This document shows, in pieces, positions 37,938 through 48,693 of a DNA stretch of 49,071 nucleotides. The translations under genes were made by a program, and so were the position numbers. Under the pieces are notes generated by a model, which was given only the letters and a program-made list of their open reading frames with translations, ran no database searches and was not told where the DNA came from. The DNA lies in assembly GCA_050506795.1 (NCBI GenBank), contig JBJHCF010000042.1:1-49071 (forward strand). The letters are read 5' to 3'. This stretch comes from Opitutia bacterium. Its GTDB lineage: Bacteria; Verrucomicrobiota; Verrucomicrobiia; Opitutales; T3Sed10-336. Every line of letters begins with the position of its first letter. Position 1 is the stretch's first letter.

Positions 37938-38432
37938 ATGGCGACACATCGTTCACTCCTGATGCGGGCCAACCGCCGTATGGGCGCCAGCCTCGTGGAT
38001 TACAACCTGGTGGAGCTTTCCGAGTTGGAAGCCGCCAACGAACGCCTGCTTGAGGTGGTCAAGGACGGAATCGGGCGCCGGACCTCGATCCTCGGCCTGC
38101 TGGCCGCCGAGATGAATGCGGTTGACGAGCGATTGCTCATTCGCCGACAGGTTGAGGAATTCAACCTTGCGCCGATTACCCTGGCCCACGCCGAGCGCGA
38201 TGAAACGCTTTTCCGAAACCTGGATCCGGATCAACTTTGGGCCACCTGGACGGTGCCGTTTGACGTTCAGGACAACTTCACCTTCCTGGCCAGCTCCTAT
38301 TATCTGAGTTCCTTCGTGCGCGACTATTGGGAGGAACTCCTGGGGGGGCCGGTGTTGTGGTTTGTCGCCACCATGAACGACATTTCCGAAGTGATCGAAT
38401 GGCACGCGAGGGAGTTCGCGGAAAGGAGGTAA
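37938..38432 (+). CDS. Hypothetical protein resembling a stand-alone MshEN/T2SSE N-terminal domain
   Basis: RRMGASLVDYNLV...LE.A resembles the MshEN RLGxxLxxxGL motif; the later VPF..and short strands resemble the PilB/GspE N-domain. Lies 9 nt after obgE and 6 nt before pilB. Confidence 0.55.
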   Translation: MATHRSLLMRANRRMGASLVDYNLVELSELEAANERLLEVVKDGIGRRTSILGLLAAEMNAVDERLLIRRQVEEFNLAPITLAHAERDETLFRNLDPDQLWATWTVPFDVQDNFTFLASSYYLSSFVRDYWEELLGGPVLWFVATMNDISEVIEWHAREFAERR

Positions 38433-38438
38433 TTTCTT

Positions 38439-40148
38439 ATGGCTTTGGGGCGTATCCAATCGGCGATTGTCAAACAACTCGAGGAGATGAAACTGCTCGA
38501 TGCGGAAGCATCGGAGCGGATCATGACCATGTCGCAGGACCTGACCGGAGACGAACTCGATCAGGTTCTGCTTAAAGAGCACGGGCTGACCGACTTCCGG
38601 CTCCTGGCGGCCAAAGCACAGGTTTTCGGGATGAATCCCATCGGGCTTTCGCGCTTTCAGCTCGACCCGGATGCGACGGACAAGCTGTCCAGGGAGTTTT
38701 GCCGCGAACACCGGCTGGCCCCGTTGGGCATGGTGGGGGATTTCATTGTGGTGGCATTTGCCAACCCTTTTGAAATGCATGCCGTCAATGAAATCCAGGA
38801 GAACACCGGCTTGCAGGTGGTTCGGCTCCTGGCCAGCCCCCAGGAGATCGATCAGAAGCTGAAAAGCGACTCCTCGGGCGAAAAGGTTGAATTCGGCGAT
38901 GTGGTCGAAGCCATCGGCGAGGAATTCGGCGACGATACCGAGGTGCGGGCGGAGGACCTGGAAGACGAGGACTCCGGACCCATTATCCAGTTGGCCAACC
39001 GCATCGTCGAGGACGCCCACAAGGAGGGAGCCAGCGATATTCACGTTGAGCCGGGAGAAAAGGAACTCCTGGTGCGCTACCGTATCGACGGTGTCTGCCA
39101 GGAAAAGCTCCGACTGCCGAAGAAGGTGGCGGGTGCGATCGTGGCGCGCTTTAAAATCATGTCGAATCTCGACATCGCGGAGCGTCGTTTGCCGCAGGAC
39201 GGGCGAATCATCTTTAAGCAGTACACCAAAAAAAATATCGACATCGACTTGCGGGTGGCCACCGCTCCGCTCAATCACGGCGAGGGAATTGTCATGCGTA
39301 TCCTGGACAAGGAGAAGTCCACGCTTCCCATGCCCGCTCTCGGTTTCTCGGAGGATAATTTGATCCAGTACCGGAAAATCATCCAGCAGCCGTACGGAAT
39401 GATCCTCCATTGCGGCCCGACGGGTTCCGGGAAATCCATGACTCTGTACTCGGCACTCAACGAGATCAATTCGCCCGAACTGGTCATCCGCACCGCCGAG
39501 GACCCAATCGAGTATACGCTGTCCGGCATCAATCAGATGCAGATGAGCCGGCAGATCGGACTCACCTTCGCCAGCGCCTTGCGCGCCTTCCTGCGACAGG
39601 ATCCGGACATCATTCTCGTCGGTGAGATTCGGGACAAGGAAACCGCCAATATCGCGGTGGAGGCCGCGCTTACCGGCCACTTGCTGCTGAGCACACTGCA
39701 CACCAATGACGCCCCCGGAACCGTTGCCCGACTGACCGACATGGGCATCGAGCCTTTCATGATCTCGTCATCCCTCCTTTGCGTCTGCGCTCAACGCCTG
39801 ATGCGGCGCGTTTGCAAGAAATGCCGTGTTGCCTACGAGCCGGAGGGCCGCGAAAAGGACATCCTCGAGAAGGCGCTGGGTTGGTCCGGAACCGTTTACC
39901 GGCACAATCCCCGGGGTTGCGCCAATTGCAACGGCCTGGGTTACCGGGGACGCGTCGGCATTCACGAACTGATGCAGATCTCCGAGGAACTGGTGCATGC
40001 CATCAATGCGGAAAAAGAGACCGCCGAAATCAAGAAGATCGCCATTCGCAACGGCATGAAAACCCTCCACCAGGACAGCATGCTCAAGGTAAAACAAGGG
40101 CTGTCCACCATCGAGGAGGCTTTGGCCAACGTGCCGCCCGACCTCTGA
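38439..40148 (+). CDS. pilB: Type IV pilus assembly / type II secretion ATPase (PilB/GspE family)
   Basis: [49 protein letters not shown] and [12 protein letters not shown] motifs; Zn-binding CKKC..CANC. Confidence 0.92.
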   Translation: MALGRIQSAIVKQLEEMKLLDAEASERIMTMSQDLTGDELDQVLLKEHGLTDFRLLAAKAQVFGMNPIGLSRFQLDPDATDKLSREFCREHRLAPLGMVGDFIVVAFANPFEMHAVNEIQENTGLQVVRLLASPQEIDQKLKSDSSGEKVEFGDVVEAIGEEFGDDTEVRAEDLEDEDSGPIIQLANRIVEDAHKEGASDIHVEPGEKELLVRYRIDGVCQEKLRLPKKVAGAIVARFKIMSNLDIAERRLPQDGRIIFKQYTKKNIDIDLRVATAPLNHGEGIVMRILDKEKSTLPMPALGFSEDNLIQYRKIIQQPYGMILHCGPTGSGKSMTLYSALNEINSPELVIRTAEDPIEYTLSGINQMQMSRQIGLTFASALRAFLRQDPDIILVGEIRDKETANIAVEAALTGHLLLSTLHTNDAPGTVARLTDMGIEPFMISSSLLCVCAQRLMRRVCKKCRVAYEPEGREKDILEKALGWSGTVYRHNPRGCANCNGLGYRGRVGIHELMQISEELVHAINAEKETAEIKKIAIRNGMKTLHQDSMLKVKQGLSTIEEALANVPPDL

Positions 40149-40196
40149 TCAGTGCTTTCCGGGGAGTGGGCGGAAAGCCCGAGATTCCTGGCAAAA

Positions 40197-40700
40197 TCAG
40201 TCCGCCGGTTCCATCGACCAGAGGAAACTCTGCTCGGAGTCCAGCAGTTGGCCATCGGCGTCCAACAGGGAAACCTTCCAGGCCAGGGGACGGGGGACGT
40301 CCTCCGGCCAATCGGGGCCGGTCACTCCGAACAACACCAACGGCCGCCGGCGTTCGACCGATTCCAAGGGGAATTCGTAAGTGCGGATTTCCTGCTCCTC
40401 GGGCATGGCCAGCTCCAGGCGGGCGGTGACCCGGGCGAAACTCGACCGGCTGTTTCGGCGCAGACGGGCGGTCAAATAGAATCCTTCACGCGTGTCCGGG
40501 TCGGTCCGGAGAATCGAACGCCTTCCGGTGTACTCCCGGCCGGTGAAAAACTCCGGAATCCGGTGAAACGATTCCTCCGCGCGAAGTTCCGGAACCACCC
40601 GCACGATCCGGGCGGCTTCCGCTTCCGGCGTCAGCCAGATCGATAGTGTTGTGAGGGCGATCGCGACGCCCAGGGTTCGAGCAGTGTAAGGAATTTTCAT
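40197..40700 (-). CDS. Hypothetical exported protein
   Basis: Sec-type signal peptide ending AEA|A; beta-rich mature part; co-directional with the helicase gene. Confidence 0.7.
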   Translation of the reverse strand: MKIPYTARTLGVAIALTTLSIWLTPEAEAARIVRVVPELRAEESFHRIPEFFTGREYTGRRSILRTDPDTREGFYLTARLRRNSRSSFARVTARLELAMPEEQEIRTYEFPLESVERRRPLVLFGVTGPDWPEDVPRPLAWKVSLLDADGQLLDSEQSFLWSMEPAD

Positions 40701-40755
40701 GGCGTATTATTCCAACCCGGATTTGTGGGCGGTGAATAGGTCGGGCGAAGTGTCG

Positions 40756-42756
40756 TTACCATACCCGCTGGCGCTGGATGCGCAGGGTTTCGTATAAATT
40801 AGTCGGCAGTTCCTCCAGGAAACAGCTCGGTCGAAGCCGGATAGGCGGGCCGTTGGATCCGGAAAAAGCGGGGTGGCACAGGTAAAGCTCGTCCTTGGCC
40901 CGGGTCACGCTCACGTAGAACAGACGCCGCTCTTCCTCCACCGCCCCTTCTTCCACCGCGCGTTTGAGGGGGAAGAGGTTTTCCGCGAGGCCGATGACAA
41001 AAACAACCGGGAACTCCAAGCCTTTGGCCTGGTGCACAGTGGTCAGTCTGACGGCGTCGGCGTCCGGATCGACCGAGCGATCGCTCATTTCCGAGTTGAG
41101 CAGGACCAGTTGGGCCAATAATTCCTGCATTTCGTCGAAACGGCCGGCGAATCCGATCAGGCTGCGCAGATCCTCCAGACGGGAATGATAGTTGGAATAG
41201 GCGCCGCGGAGGTAATCGCCGTACCAGCCCTCGATCGCCACCTGCACCGTCCGGGCGGGATCGCGCTCCCGTGCCGTTTCACTGATGTCCTTGAGGGATT
41301 GCATGAGCGAAATCCACTCCTGGGTCGCCGCTTTCGGGGTCTTCTTGACGACCGGTTCCGAGAGCAGGGCGTCGGCGACCGGAAGCCCCTGCTTGCGGGC
41401 GTGGTCCAACGCCAGTCCGTGGAGGCGGGTGGCGGTTTTTGGGCCCACTTTCGGGAGCAGTCCGGCCACGCGCTGGAACGCGGTTACGTCGTTCGGATTG
41501 TAGGTGAAGCGCAATTGAGCCACCACATCGCGGATATGCGCCTGCTCGAAAAAACGAATGCCGCTGGTGATCTGGAACGGTATGCTCAGGCGGGCCAGTT
41601 CCATTTGCAGATCCATGGCCTGGTAATGGGCGCGGTAAAGGACTGCGACATCCGAGAGGCTGTAACCCTCCGAGCTCAGGCCCTCCAGGCGTTTGATCAC
41701 GAACTGGGCCTGCTCACGCGTGTCCATGGTTTGCACCAGGTAGGGCCGCACCCGACTCTCACGGAACGCCCGCAGCTCCTTGTGGAAACCGCTGGCGGGG
41801 ACCTGATTGACCAGAACCCTGTTGGCCAGACTGAGAATTTCCGGGCTGCTCCGGTAGTTGGTTTCGATTTTGTAGATGACCGTGTTTGGGTGGCGGTCGG
41901 GGAAGGTGACGATGTTTTCGTAATTTGCTCCGCGCCAGGAATAAATGCACTGGGCGTCGTCGCCGACCGCCATGATCCGGTGGTGACTGCCAATGGTGTC
42001 CACAATGCCGGCCTGCAGGGTGTTGGTGTCCTGGTACTCGTCCACCAGCACATGTCGAAAGCGTTCCTGATAATAGCGCGCGGTGTCGGGGTCGGTCAGT
42101 AGCAGCTTCAACAGGTATTCCAGCAGATCGTCGTAGTCGACCACCTGCTGCTTGCGCTTGGATTCCATGTAGGTCTCGAACAGGGGAATCATCCGGCCGG
42201 TCAGGTGCTCGTGCTGGGGATGGAAGCGGCGTACGCTTTCGCCCAGATCGAGGCGGGTGTTACGGGCCAGACTGAAAACCTCGCCGAGTTGCCGGGCACG
42301 GGGATTGGCTTTGTCTTTGAAAAAAGTGGGGTCCTTCTCCTTCACCAGGTCGCCCAGAAAGGCCTCGGCGTCCTGTTGATCGAGAATGGTGAAATCCCGC
42401 TGCAGACCAACTGTTTCCCCGTGCACCCGCAATACCCGGTGCCCGATGTGGTGGAAGGTTCCGCCCCAGAAACGCCGTCCCTGGATTCCGGTCAACTCCT
42501 CCACCCGGTGCAACATTTCCCGCGCGGCTTTGTTGGTGAAGGTCAACAAGAGGATTTCCTCCGGAGCCACTCCCTTGGATAGGAGGTAAGCCACACGGTA
42601 AGTCAGGGTTCGGGTCTTCCCGGAACCCGCCCCGGCGAGTACGAGCGCCGGCCCCGGTTCGGCCGTTACCGCGTCGTACTGCTCGTCGTTGAGTTCGGCC
42701 CGGAAATCGATGGGCGGGATTTCAGTGGTGAATGTTTTCCCCATGTGAGAAGCCAT
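40756..42756 (-). CDS. UvrD/PcrA-family SF1A DNA helicase
   Basis: LAGAGSGKT, LTFTNKAA, VDEYQDTN, VGDDAQCIYSWRGA, NYRS, TVHQAKGLEF and EERRLFYV..TRA motifs. Confidence 0.95.
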   Translation of the reverse strand: MASHMGKTFTTEIPPIDFRAELNDEQYDAVTAEPGPALVLAGAGSGKTRTLTYRVAYLLSKGVAPEEILLLTFTNKAAREMLHRVEELTGIQGRRFWGGTFHHIGHRVLRVHGETVGLQRDFTILDQQDAEAFLGDLVKEKDPTFFKDKANPRARQLGEVFSLARNTRLDLGESVRRFHPQHEHLTGRMIPLFETYMESKRKQQVVDYDDLLEYLLKLLLTDPDTARYYQERFRHVLVDEYQDTNTLQAGIVDTIGSHHRIMAVGDDAQCIYSWRGANYENIVTFPDRHPNTVIYKIETNYRSSPEILSLANRVLVNQVPASGFHKELRAFRESRVRPYLVQTMDTREQAQFVIKRLEGLSSEGYSLSDVAVLYRAHYQAMDLQMELARLSIPFQITSGIRFFEQAHIRDVVAQLRFTYNPNDVTAFQRVAGLLPKVGPKTATRLHGLALDHARKQGLPVADALLSEPVVKKTPKAATQEWISLMQSLKDISETARERDPARTVQVAIEGWYGDYLRGAYSNYHSRLEDLRSLIGFAGRFDEMQELLAQLVLLNSEMSDRSVDPDADAVRLTTVHQAKGLEFPVVFVIGLAENLFPLKRAVEEGAVEEERRLFYVSVTRAKDELYLCHPAFSGSNGPPIRLRPSCFLEELPTNLYETLRIQRQRVW

Positions 42757-42831
42757 TGAAACGCCGTTCCCGCATTTTTCGAGCCTCGAATGTTTCGGCG
42801 GATCCCCAAACCGCGGGGCGGCGGATTCCGG

Positions 42832-43746
42832 TTAGGCACGGTGCAGGACGATCCAGGCGCCGATTCCCGCCAGCACCGAGGCGCCGTAGAACGCGGGCGC
42901 GGGAACCTCGGAGAAGATCAGGTAGGCCAATATTCCGGCGAACACGAATTGCAGGAGATTCACCACGCTCACCACCTGACCCCGAAAATGTTTGAGCGAA
43001 TAGTTCAGGAGCGAATGCCCGATGACCGTGGGAACCAGTGCCAGCGCCAGGATAAGCAGATACTCCTTGCCCCCGTAGCCGGTGAAAGGAAGGCGCAGAA
43101 TCAGGGCGAAAACCAGAGATATGAGGCCGGCCATCCAATAGAGGGGAATAAGATACAACCAGACATTGCTGAAATCGCGATTGCGTCGCCCCAGCGCCAG
43201 GTAGATCGCGAACAGCACCATCGAGACGAAACAGACGAAATCACCGTATAGCAGCCCCGGATCCAATCGGTAATCCGAGATCCCGATCAGCGACACCCCT
43301 GCCAGTGCCAGGACCGTCGCGACGATTTCCCTGCCGTGAACGCGCTCGCGCAACACGATTACGAGGATAAAGGGCATCACCAGGGGAACCAGGTTGACGA
43401 TAAGCGCGGCGTTCGCCGCATAGGTCATACGGCCACCCGCGGCCCAGGAGATGAAATGGGCCGCCAGAAATACCGCCGGTATGAAAGAACGGCGCAGGTG
43501 CTCCAGCCGGTAGACCGCGCGCTCGCGGCGCAACGCATGGATGAAAACCGGGGTCAGCACTGCTGAAGCGATCAGGAGGCGGTAGGCCGCGATGACGATG
43601 GGATGGCTTTCGCTTGCCTTGATCATAATGACCGAGGTGGAGCAGGCGATGACCCCACCGAGGAGCAGGAGAGTGGGGAGAATCAAACGCCCCGCCTCCT
43701 CCAGTCCCGAACCGGTGTGGCTACCTTCTTCCGTGCTCATCGTCAA
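42832..43746 (-). CDS. DMT/EamA family transporter
   Basis: About 10 hydrophobic helices in two repeats; AAYRL, FLAAHF.SW, LRE, GD and PTVIGHSLLN motifs. Confidence 0.88.
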   Translation of the reverse strand: MTMSTEEGSHTGSGLEEAGRLILPTLLLLGGVIACSTSVIMIKASESHPIVIAAYRLLIASAVLTPVFIHALRRERAVYRLEHLRRSFIPAVFLAAHFISWAAGGRMTYAANAALIVNLVPLVMPFILVIVLRERVHGREIVATVLALAGVSLIGISDYRLDPGLLYGDFVCFVSMVLFAIYLALGRRNRDFSNVWLYLIPLYWMAGLISLVFALILRLPFTGYGGKEYLLILALALVPTVIGHSLLNYSLKHFRGQVVSVVNLLQFVFAGILAYLIFSEVPAPAFYGASVLAGIGAWIVLHRA

Positions 43747-43957
43747 TTTGTGTCGCGTCAGGTTTCACATGACGCCCCGGATTGCCCGCGAACGCAAGGT
43801 TTCGGTCCTTTCCCGGACGGAAATTCCTTTCCCGTTGATCTTTCCCGTACCTCGATTCATGCTGCGAAACCCTTGCGAAGTCGCGGCAACGTCTTCTTCA
43901 CGCCATCCTGCGAAACGCCGAGCGCGGCTTCCCGGAATTCCCTGTTTTGGAAAACCA

Positions 43958-45943
43958 ATGAACGAAAAAAAGTCCGCCAAATCCTGGATACAAATCAATC
44001 CGCCCGTTTTTTTCTCCTCGGCCATCATCTCCATTGTGCTTGTCGCTTACGCCGTGTTCGATTCCGAGGGAGCGGAATTGCTCTTCAACTCGGTCCGTAC
44101 CTGGATCACCGACTCGGCCGGGTGGTTTTATATCCTTTCGGTCGCCTTTTTTCTGGTCTTCATAATCTTCCTGGGGGTCTCACGATTCGGACTGATCAAG
44201 CTGGGTCCCGATCACAGCGAACCCGACTACAGTTACCTCTCCTGGTTCGCCATGCTGTTTTCCGCCGGGATGGGCATTGGATTGATGTTTTTCGGCGTTG
44301 CCGAGCCGGTCATGCACTACGTGGCGCCCCCGGTGGGGGATCCGGAAACGGTGGAAGCGGCCAGGGAGTCGATGCGCATTACTTTTTTCCACTGGGGCGT
44401 GCACGCCTGGGCCATTTACGCGGTCGTTGCCATTTCCCTGGCCTATTTCGCTTTCCGTCACAACCTTCCCCTGACCATTCGTTCAGCGTTGTACCCGCTG
44501 ATCGGGGAACGGATTCACGGGCCGATCGGCCACGCGGTGGACACTTTCGCGGTGCTCGGAACCATCTTCGGTGTCGCCACCTCTCTCGGGGTCGGGGTAA
44601 CCCAGATCGGTTCCGGCCTCGAGTACCTGTTTGGAATCGAGAGCACGGTGCGCGTGCATGTGGTTCTCATCGTGGTGATAACCGCCATCGCGACTTGTTC
44701 AGTCGGCCTCGGTCTCGACAAGGGCATCCGGCGTATCTCGGAATTGAATATCATTCTTGCTGTAGGGTTGCTGGGATTCGTTCTGGTGGCGGGACCGACC
44801 GTGTTCCTGCTGCAGACGCTGGTCCAGAACACCGGCAACTACCTGTCGGGGGTATTTCACAGCACCTTCAACCTGTACGCGTATGAACCGACCGACTGGA
44901 TAGGGGGCTGGACACTGTTTTATTGGGGGTGGTGGATCGCCTGGTCGCCATTTGTGGGAATGTTTATCGCCAGGGTCTCGCGTGGCCGAACGATTCGCCA
45001 ATTTGTTGTCGGGGTGCTGCTCGTTCCAGTGGGCTTCACCTTCATGTGGATGACCTTTTTCGGAGACACCGCGCTCCATATGATCATGGTTGAGGGAGTC
45101 ACCGAATTGTCCGAAGCGGTGGCTGAGGATTCCTCCATCGCATTGTTCGCCCTTCTTGACCAGCTTCCATTGTCCTCTCTGTTTTCCCTGGTGGCTACCT
45201 TGTTGGTGGTAACTTTCTTCGTGACTTCGTCCGATTCGGGTTCGTTGGTGGTCGATATGCTGACCTCGGGCGGGAGCGACGAATCGCCTACCTGGCAGCG
45301 TATTTTCTGGGCCGTGGTGGAAGGGGTGGTGGCCGCCGCGCTACTGATCGCCGGGGGCCTGGCGGCGTTGCAGACGGCGACAATCGCCAGCGCGCTTCCC
45401 TTTACAATCATCATGTGGTTCATGTGCTGGGGGCTTTTCCGGGCGGTAAATATCGAAACGCTGAAAAAGACGAGCCTCAAGGAGGCATGGATTATGCCCA
45501 AAAGCGGTCCCGCGCACGTGACCTGGCAACGGCGTTTGCGCACTCTGGTGCATCATCCTAAACGCCCTGAAGTGGAGCGTTTTTTAAATGGGACCGTGTA
45601 TCCTGCTTTTGAAGAAGTGGCCGTCGAACTGAGAAAGCAGAATCTGGAACCACACGTTTACAAAGGCGAGGACGGTCGAGTCGTAATTGAGGTGTTGCAT
45701 GGTCAGGAGGCGGATTTCTTTTACTCGGTCCGTCCGCGCGAGTACGAGCCGCCCACCTTTCTGCTGGAAAACACCCGGAAGCAGCGCGCGGAAGAGCTCA
45801 AGTACTATCGGGCCGAGGTGCACCTGCGGGAGGGGGGACAGGACTACGATATCATGGGGCTTTCAAAAGACGAAATAATCCACGACGTAATCGACCAGTA
45901 TGAACGACACCACGCTTTTATGAACGCCGTGCGGTCATCCTGA
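43958..45943 (+). CDS. betT: BCCT family choline/glycine-betaine transporter, BetT-like with long C-terminal domain (start ATG 43958)
   Basis: SWFAMLFSAGMGIGLMFFGVAEP, FFHWG.HAW, WTLFYWGWWIAWSPFVGMFIARVSRGRT and FFVTSSDSGS motifs; BetT-type tail YYRAEVHL.EGGQDYDIMG. Confidence 0.9.
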   Translation: MNEKKSAKSWIQINPPVFFSSAIISIVLVAYAVFDSEGAELLFNSVRTWITDSAGWFYILSVAFFLVFIIFLGVSRFGLIKLGPDHSEPDYSYLSWFAMLFSAGMGIGLMFFGVAEPVMHYVAPPVGDPETVEAARESMRITFFHWGVHAWAIYAVVAISLAYFAFRHNLPLTIRSALYPLIGERIHGPIGHAVDTFAVLGTIFGVATSLGVGVTQIGSGLEYLFGIESTVRVHVVLIVVITAIATCSVGLGLDKGIRRISELNIILAVGLLGFVLVAGPTVFLLQTLVQNTGNYLSGVFHSTFNLYAYEPTDWIGGWTLFYWGWWIAWSPFVGMFIARVSRGRTIRQFVVGVLLVPVGFTFMWMTFFGDTALHMIMVEGVTELSEAVAEDSSIALFALLDQLPLSSLFSLVATLLVVTFFVTSSDSGSLVVDMLTSGGSDESPTWQRIFWAVVEGVVAAALLIAGGLAALQTATIASALPFTIIMWFMCWGLFRAVNIETLKKTSLKEAWIMPKSGPAHVTWQRRLRTLVHHPKRPEVERFLNGTVYPAFEEVAVELRKQNLEPHVYKGEDGRVVIEVLHGQEADFFYSVRPREYEPPTFLLENTRKQRAEELKYYRAEVHLREGGQDYDIMGLSKDEIIHDVIDQYERHHAFMNAVRSS

Positions 45944-45969
45944 CGCGAGTCCGGCATGAGAGGTTTTCA

Positions 45970-48693
45970 TCAGGATTCGTTTCCCGGCATACTTTCGAGT
46001 GTCTTGCGCAGCAACCGCAGCAACGTCTGAGTCGAGTAAGGTTTCGGAATGAAGTGAGAAACCCTCATCTTCGCTGCCCGCAAGGCGTTCTCCGGAGCGT
46101 TCATCCCGCTGGTTGCCATCACATGGAGGTTCGGTTTCAGTTGGCGCAAGCGGTCAATCAACGTAACCCCGTCCATATCGGGCATCATCAGGTCAGTGAA
46201 GACCAGATCTATGTTTTTAGGGGGGTCTTCCGTGAAGCGCCCGAGTGCCTGTGCGCCATTCTCCGCCGTAATCACCCGGTAACCCCAGGTTTCGAGGGTT
46301 TGTTTGGTGATATTGAGAATCGAAGCTTCGTCATCCACAAGCAGAATGGATTCACCTCGACCACGCGGCATTTCCGCAAGCAAAGGGGATTCAGTCACGC
46401 GCGATGCGTTTTCCGGCTTCGCCGGGAGGAATACCTTAAAGCAACTGCCGGCACCCGGTTCGCTGTAAACTTTGACGAACCCGTTGTGGTTGCGAATGAT
46501 CTCCAGCGACGTGGAAAGGCCCAGGCCGGTTCCTTTCCCATGTTTCTTTGTCGTAAAAAAGGGCTCGAAAATACGGTCGATCGTATCCTGGGAGATGCCT
46601 TCTCCTTCGTCGGCCACTTCTACAACGACGTGCGGTCCCGGTGCCGCGCCCGGTTCCATGGCCGCAACTTGCTGATCGATATGCACCTGACGAATCGAAA
46701 GACCAAGTCGGCCGCCGGATGGCATGGCATCGCGTGCATTTAGGCAAAGGTTCAGCAACACCTGGTAAAGCTGAGTTGGATCGGCTGGAACCGGGGGCAG
46801 ATTGTCGATAACATCGCGCTCGAAAACGATGTTCTTGGGAAACGTATGCCGAATGATCGAGTCGAGGTCGCTGGTCAGTTGATTCAAGTCAACCGACGCT
46901 TTGGCGCCATCCACGCCGCGTGCAAACGACAGAATTTGTTTGACCAGATCGGCACCGCGCTGGGCGCTCAATCTCATGCTTTCGATTGTCGTTCGGTTGG
47001 CGGGGGGAGGGTCGCTCATCTCCAGCATGTCGAGGCCCATGATGATCGGGAGCAAGAGATTGTTCAGGTCGTGGGCGATGCCTCCGGCCAGGCTGCCGAT
47101 GCTCTCCATTCGTTGCGCCCGGCGAAAATTCTGTTCGAGCGTTTTCTGGTAGGTGATGTCGGTTAGAAAGCCTTCGATTACCTCGTGTTGGTTGCCCGCA
47201 CCGCTGACCTTCCGTCCTTTTTCCCAAATCCATCGTTCCGCGGCCGAAGCGGTTTTTAGTCGATAGACGATTTCAAATGGCTTGTTTTCTCTAATTGCCA
47301 ACTGTACTTCCTCCCAAATCCGGTCGCGGTCATCGGGATGTATCAGGTCAATGAGGGTTATCCTTTCCGGCCCGAAAAGAAAGCTTTCCTGGGAATAACC
47401 GGTCAGTTCGAGAGCGCCTTCACTGACGAACTCAGCGGTCCATTTCCTGTCGTTCCTCACCCGGTATGCCATTCCGGGAAGATTGCTCATCAGGGTTGCG
47501 AGGGATCGCGCGTTCTTTTCCAGGGCATCCTGAGCCCGTTTCCTTTCGGTGATGTCCTCGACCATCCCGATAACGAACTGAGCTTCCCCTTTGTCGTTCG
47601 GTACCACTGTGGCCGTCAGTTTCCCCCACATCCAGTCGCCGCCCTTGCGTCGGTATCGCTTCTCCATGATGAAACGATCCCGTCGCCCCTCATACATTTC
47701 AGCGCCGAATTCAAGATCCCGCTTGTGGTCCTCGGGATGGCTGACATCGGCCACCGTCATGCGGCACAGTTCCTTGACGCTGTAGCCGAACATCTCACCC
47801 AGAGCGGCATTGCATTGGAGTATTCGTTTGGTTTTGGGGTGCACAATGGCCAGGCCGATGGCGGCGTTTTCGAAGATGGTCCGAAACCGGCGCTCGCTTT
47901 CCGCCAGTTTGATCGCCGCTTGTTTGCGCTCGGTAATATCGCGGGCGATCCCCTGGATGGCCGCGGGATGACCCCGTTCCAGGATGGGGCTTCCCATACA
48001 TTCGACCCAGATCAGGCTCCCGTCGCGTTTTCTTAATTGATATTCTTCAGGTTCCTCCTGGAACCCCTTTTCCAATACCCGTTTGATCGACTCACGGGCC
48101 CGTTTCAATTCGGCCTCGTTTTGGGTGAGCGATTCAAGGGAAATTGCGGGTATCTCCTCGCGCGTATAACCGAACAATTTCAGCGCGGCCGGATTGGCAT
48201 CCAGGAAGTTTCCCTGCAGATCGTGGACGTAAACCGCGTCCAACGAACGATCGAAAAGGGACCGATAGCGTTCCTCCGTAGCCCGCAATCTTCGAGTCGT
48301 TTCCTGATGCCTGGCGAGGACATTGAGCCGGGCCCGCAATTCCCGTTCATCTGCCGGGTAGCGAATGAAGTCGTCGAAAAACCCATCGAGAATCACCCCC
48401 GGTTTCGTTTTCAACGACGTGGAATCACCAATCCAGACAATGAACGGTTCTCCCTCCCGGGCCAGTTGCTTGAGCTTGCGCAGGAGGGCAGGGGATAAAG
48501 CATGGTTCCAGGAGTGGTCGAGCAGGATGATTTGCGGGTGATGCTCGCGGATCATCTCCATGGCGATCGGGCGGGTGGGCGCGAGACGCACCGCGTAGTC
48601 GTGTTTTGAGAGGCATTGGGTAAGGGCAAAAGCCATATCTTCGTCGGCTGATGCGATGACAACACGTGTCTTCCCTTGTGGATAAGCACTCAT
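45970..48693 (-). CDS. Hybrid sensor histidine kinase (degenerate REC-3xPAS-HisKA-HATPase-REC)
   Basis: Three PAS/PAC repeats (DITERK); [27 protein letters not shown]; C-terminal REC with LLVDDE, TDLMMP and KP. Confidence 0.93.
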   Translation of the reverse strand: [907 protein letters not shown]

